64,000 nt of DNA, taken from the NCBI GenBank assembly GCA_052327205.1, contig CM126204.1:138880001-138944000 (forward strand), written 5' to 3'. The stretch is from Somniosus microcephalus. Lineage: Eukaryota. The notes under the pieces are model-generated. The model ran no database searches. It was not told the DNA's origin and worked only from the letters and a program-made list of their open reading frames with translations. Every line of letters starts with the position of its first letter. Within the stretch, counting starts at the first letter, position 1. The position numbers were made by a program, and so were the translations under genes. Shown here piece by piece: positions 62,280 through 64,000 of this stretch.

Positions 62280-62393
62280 ATATTGATGACTGTGCTCTGA
62301 ACCCCTGTGCCCATGGTGGTACATGCCAAGATATGGTAGATGGCTTTAAATGTGTTTGCCCACAACAGTGGACTGGCAAAACGTGCCAGTTAG
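62280..62393 (+). CDS. jag1: Jagged1 exon 9 (EGF5)
   Basis: [38 protein letters not shown]; 114 nt. Confidence 0.97.
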
Positions 62394-63361
62394 GTAACTA
62401 TTTTTTAAAATGTAAAGTTTGTGCTAATGTAGTGAGCTGACAGTAAACCCATTATTTTAACCAGTACAATTGCTCCTTTTTAATGCTTGTTTTAGTTTGT
62501 CATCCGTGGACTTTTTCAAAAGACTTGGGCGTGAAGGTTGTTGTTTCTAGTCCATCGTACTTTTAATAAAGGGGGAAAAAAATCGATCACTGGAAGGGGA
62601 AGCATGCACTAGTATTTGTTCCTGTGGGAAAGGTGCCACACGTTTCTCGGTCATGTCAACTCTCACAAACCAAGGAGTCTTACAGCTGGATTTAGAATGG
62701 GGATGATCTCATAAAGAATGGGCTGGCTGCATTCCTTCTGCAATCCTTTAATCTGCCTGACTACAACGGGGGCAAGCAGAGTCTCACTGGACTTTGGAAA
62801 TGCTTGATTAACTCCTTTTATTGTTTAATCCTGCTTTTCTTACTATTAATTAGTAACTGGGCATGTGTCAGTGCATCTGTCTAAACTGCGTCTTGCATTT
62901 TAGATAGGAGGTGAATTGCTTTTTCTCAAAATTTCCCTTCTCCCCTTGTGGGCTGCTTACACCGACCGATGGAATGGTGTGACCGGGAGTTCCCTGAGGA
63001 TGCTTACCGGCGGTCAGTAAGCAAAAGCTGAGAGTTGTACACTCAGCGCAACTGGTTCTCTCTCACCTTGTGATGAAGCTCCTTGCTTTTATGAAGCGCA
63101 TTGTGCTTCGCGCAAGGACTTGGGCTGAGAATGGATAAATTGCCTAACTTAAGTTGGAGAGGGAGCCCTGAGATTTGAAGCTGTGCTCGCTGACGGTAAA
63201 AGACAGCAGCCAGATAATGAAATGGCCTATGAAAGCTTGATTATAACACACTTGCACTCTGTTTTGGTGACAAGAATGAGCCCCCCATCTGTTTAGAGCA
63301 GCTATTCTAACATGATGTCTTGTTGATTACTTTAAAAAAAAAAGTTCCTTTCTTATCTCAG

Positions 63362-63475
63362 ATGCCAATGAATGTGAAGGAAAGCCTTGTGCAAATGCAA
63401 ACTCCTGTCGAAACCTGATTGGTGACTACTACTGCGATTGCATGCCTGGATGGACTAGCAAAAATTGTGATTCAG
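63362..63475 (+). CDS. jag1: Jagged1 exon 10 (EGF6)
   Basis: [38 protein letters not shown]; 114 nt. Confidence 0.96.
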
Positions 63476-63876
63476 GTTAGTATTTTTATTTATGTGGGGG
63501 CGGGGGGACGTTTTTGGATTTGAAGTGTACAGTTTGTAAAATTCAAATTTGATTGCCGGCGGAACGAATGCTACTAAAATATATTGCTGGGAAGGGAGAC
63601 ATCAGCAAAGTTTTTCAAAAAGGGAGTTGAAGTACCAGCATGAAAATAATAGTTTTATCAATCACTGGGCCATAATGTAACCACTTCCTGATAATGTAAG
63701 AAGTTTTAGTAACTATATTGGGTGTAACTGCAGGCAACCCTCAACATAATCAGCTTATCTAAAAGTGCGCAGAAAATATGACAGAACTGTCTCCAATAGG
63801 AGTTTTGAGGTTTTTTTATATCTTTGTATTATTTGACCGAACATTATCCCTCATGGTTTTGATTGTTTTGTTACAG

Positions 63877-63923
63877 ATGTTGATGACTGTCATGGGCAGT
63901 GCCAAAATGGGGGAACTTGCAAG
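63877..63923 (+). CDS. jag1: Jagged1 exon 11 (first half of EGF7); gene continues beyond the window
   Basis: DVDDCHGQCQNGGTCK; 47 nt; TTACAG| and AAG|GTGCGT. Confidence 0.93.
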
Positions 63924-64000
63924 GTGCGTCTTTGCTTTTTAATGTGCAGAGTTTTTTTTTTATTGCAGAAATTCAATTAAATATCATTCAAGCTGATGCA

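Noticed and set aside
62623-62670. Paired CSL site (SPS)
   Set aside because: The second half-site is non-canonical and the spacing does not match the 15-17-bp rule.

Overview
Vertebrate genomic DNA, most likely from a cartilaginous fish (shark-type Deu-domain tRNA SINEs, CR1/L2/Tx1 LINEs, Harbinger elements). The first ~36 kb is TE-rich intergenic DNA. It holds the right part of a PIF/Harbinger transposon with an intact DDE transposase, a CR1 nested inside a DeuSINE, a 2.4-kb CAGCTCTCC minisatellite, Harbinger-type MITEs and a probable solo LTR. From 37701 the + strand carries coding exons 1-11 of a Jagged1-type Notch ligand; all junctions are GT-AG and phase-consistent, and the gene runs off the window end. 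The most interesting signals are an upstream ATG inside an apparently deeply conserved 5'UTR block that opens an out-of-frame ORF overlapping the jag1 start, a G-rich 28-bp VNTR directly behind exon 2, a switch-region-like AGCT/G-run satellite, and splice-donor-rich MITEs. No prokaryotic-style system (CRISPR etc.) is present. All comparisons with human or other genes are from memory and need confirming by alignment.
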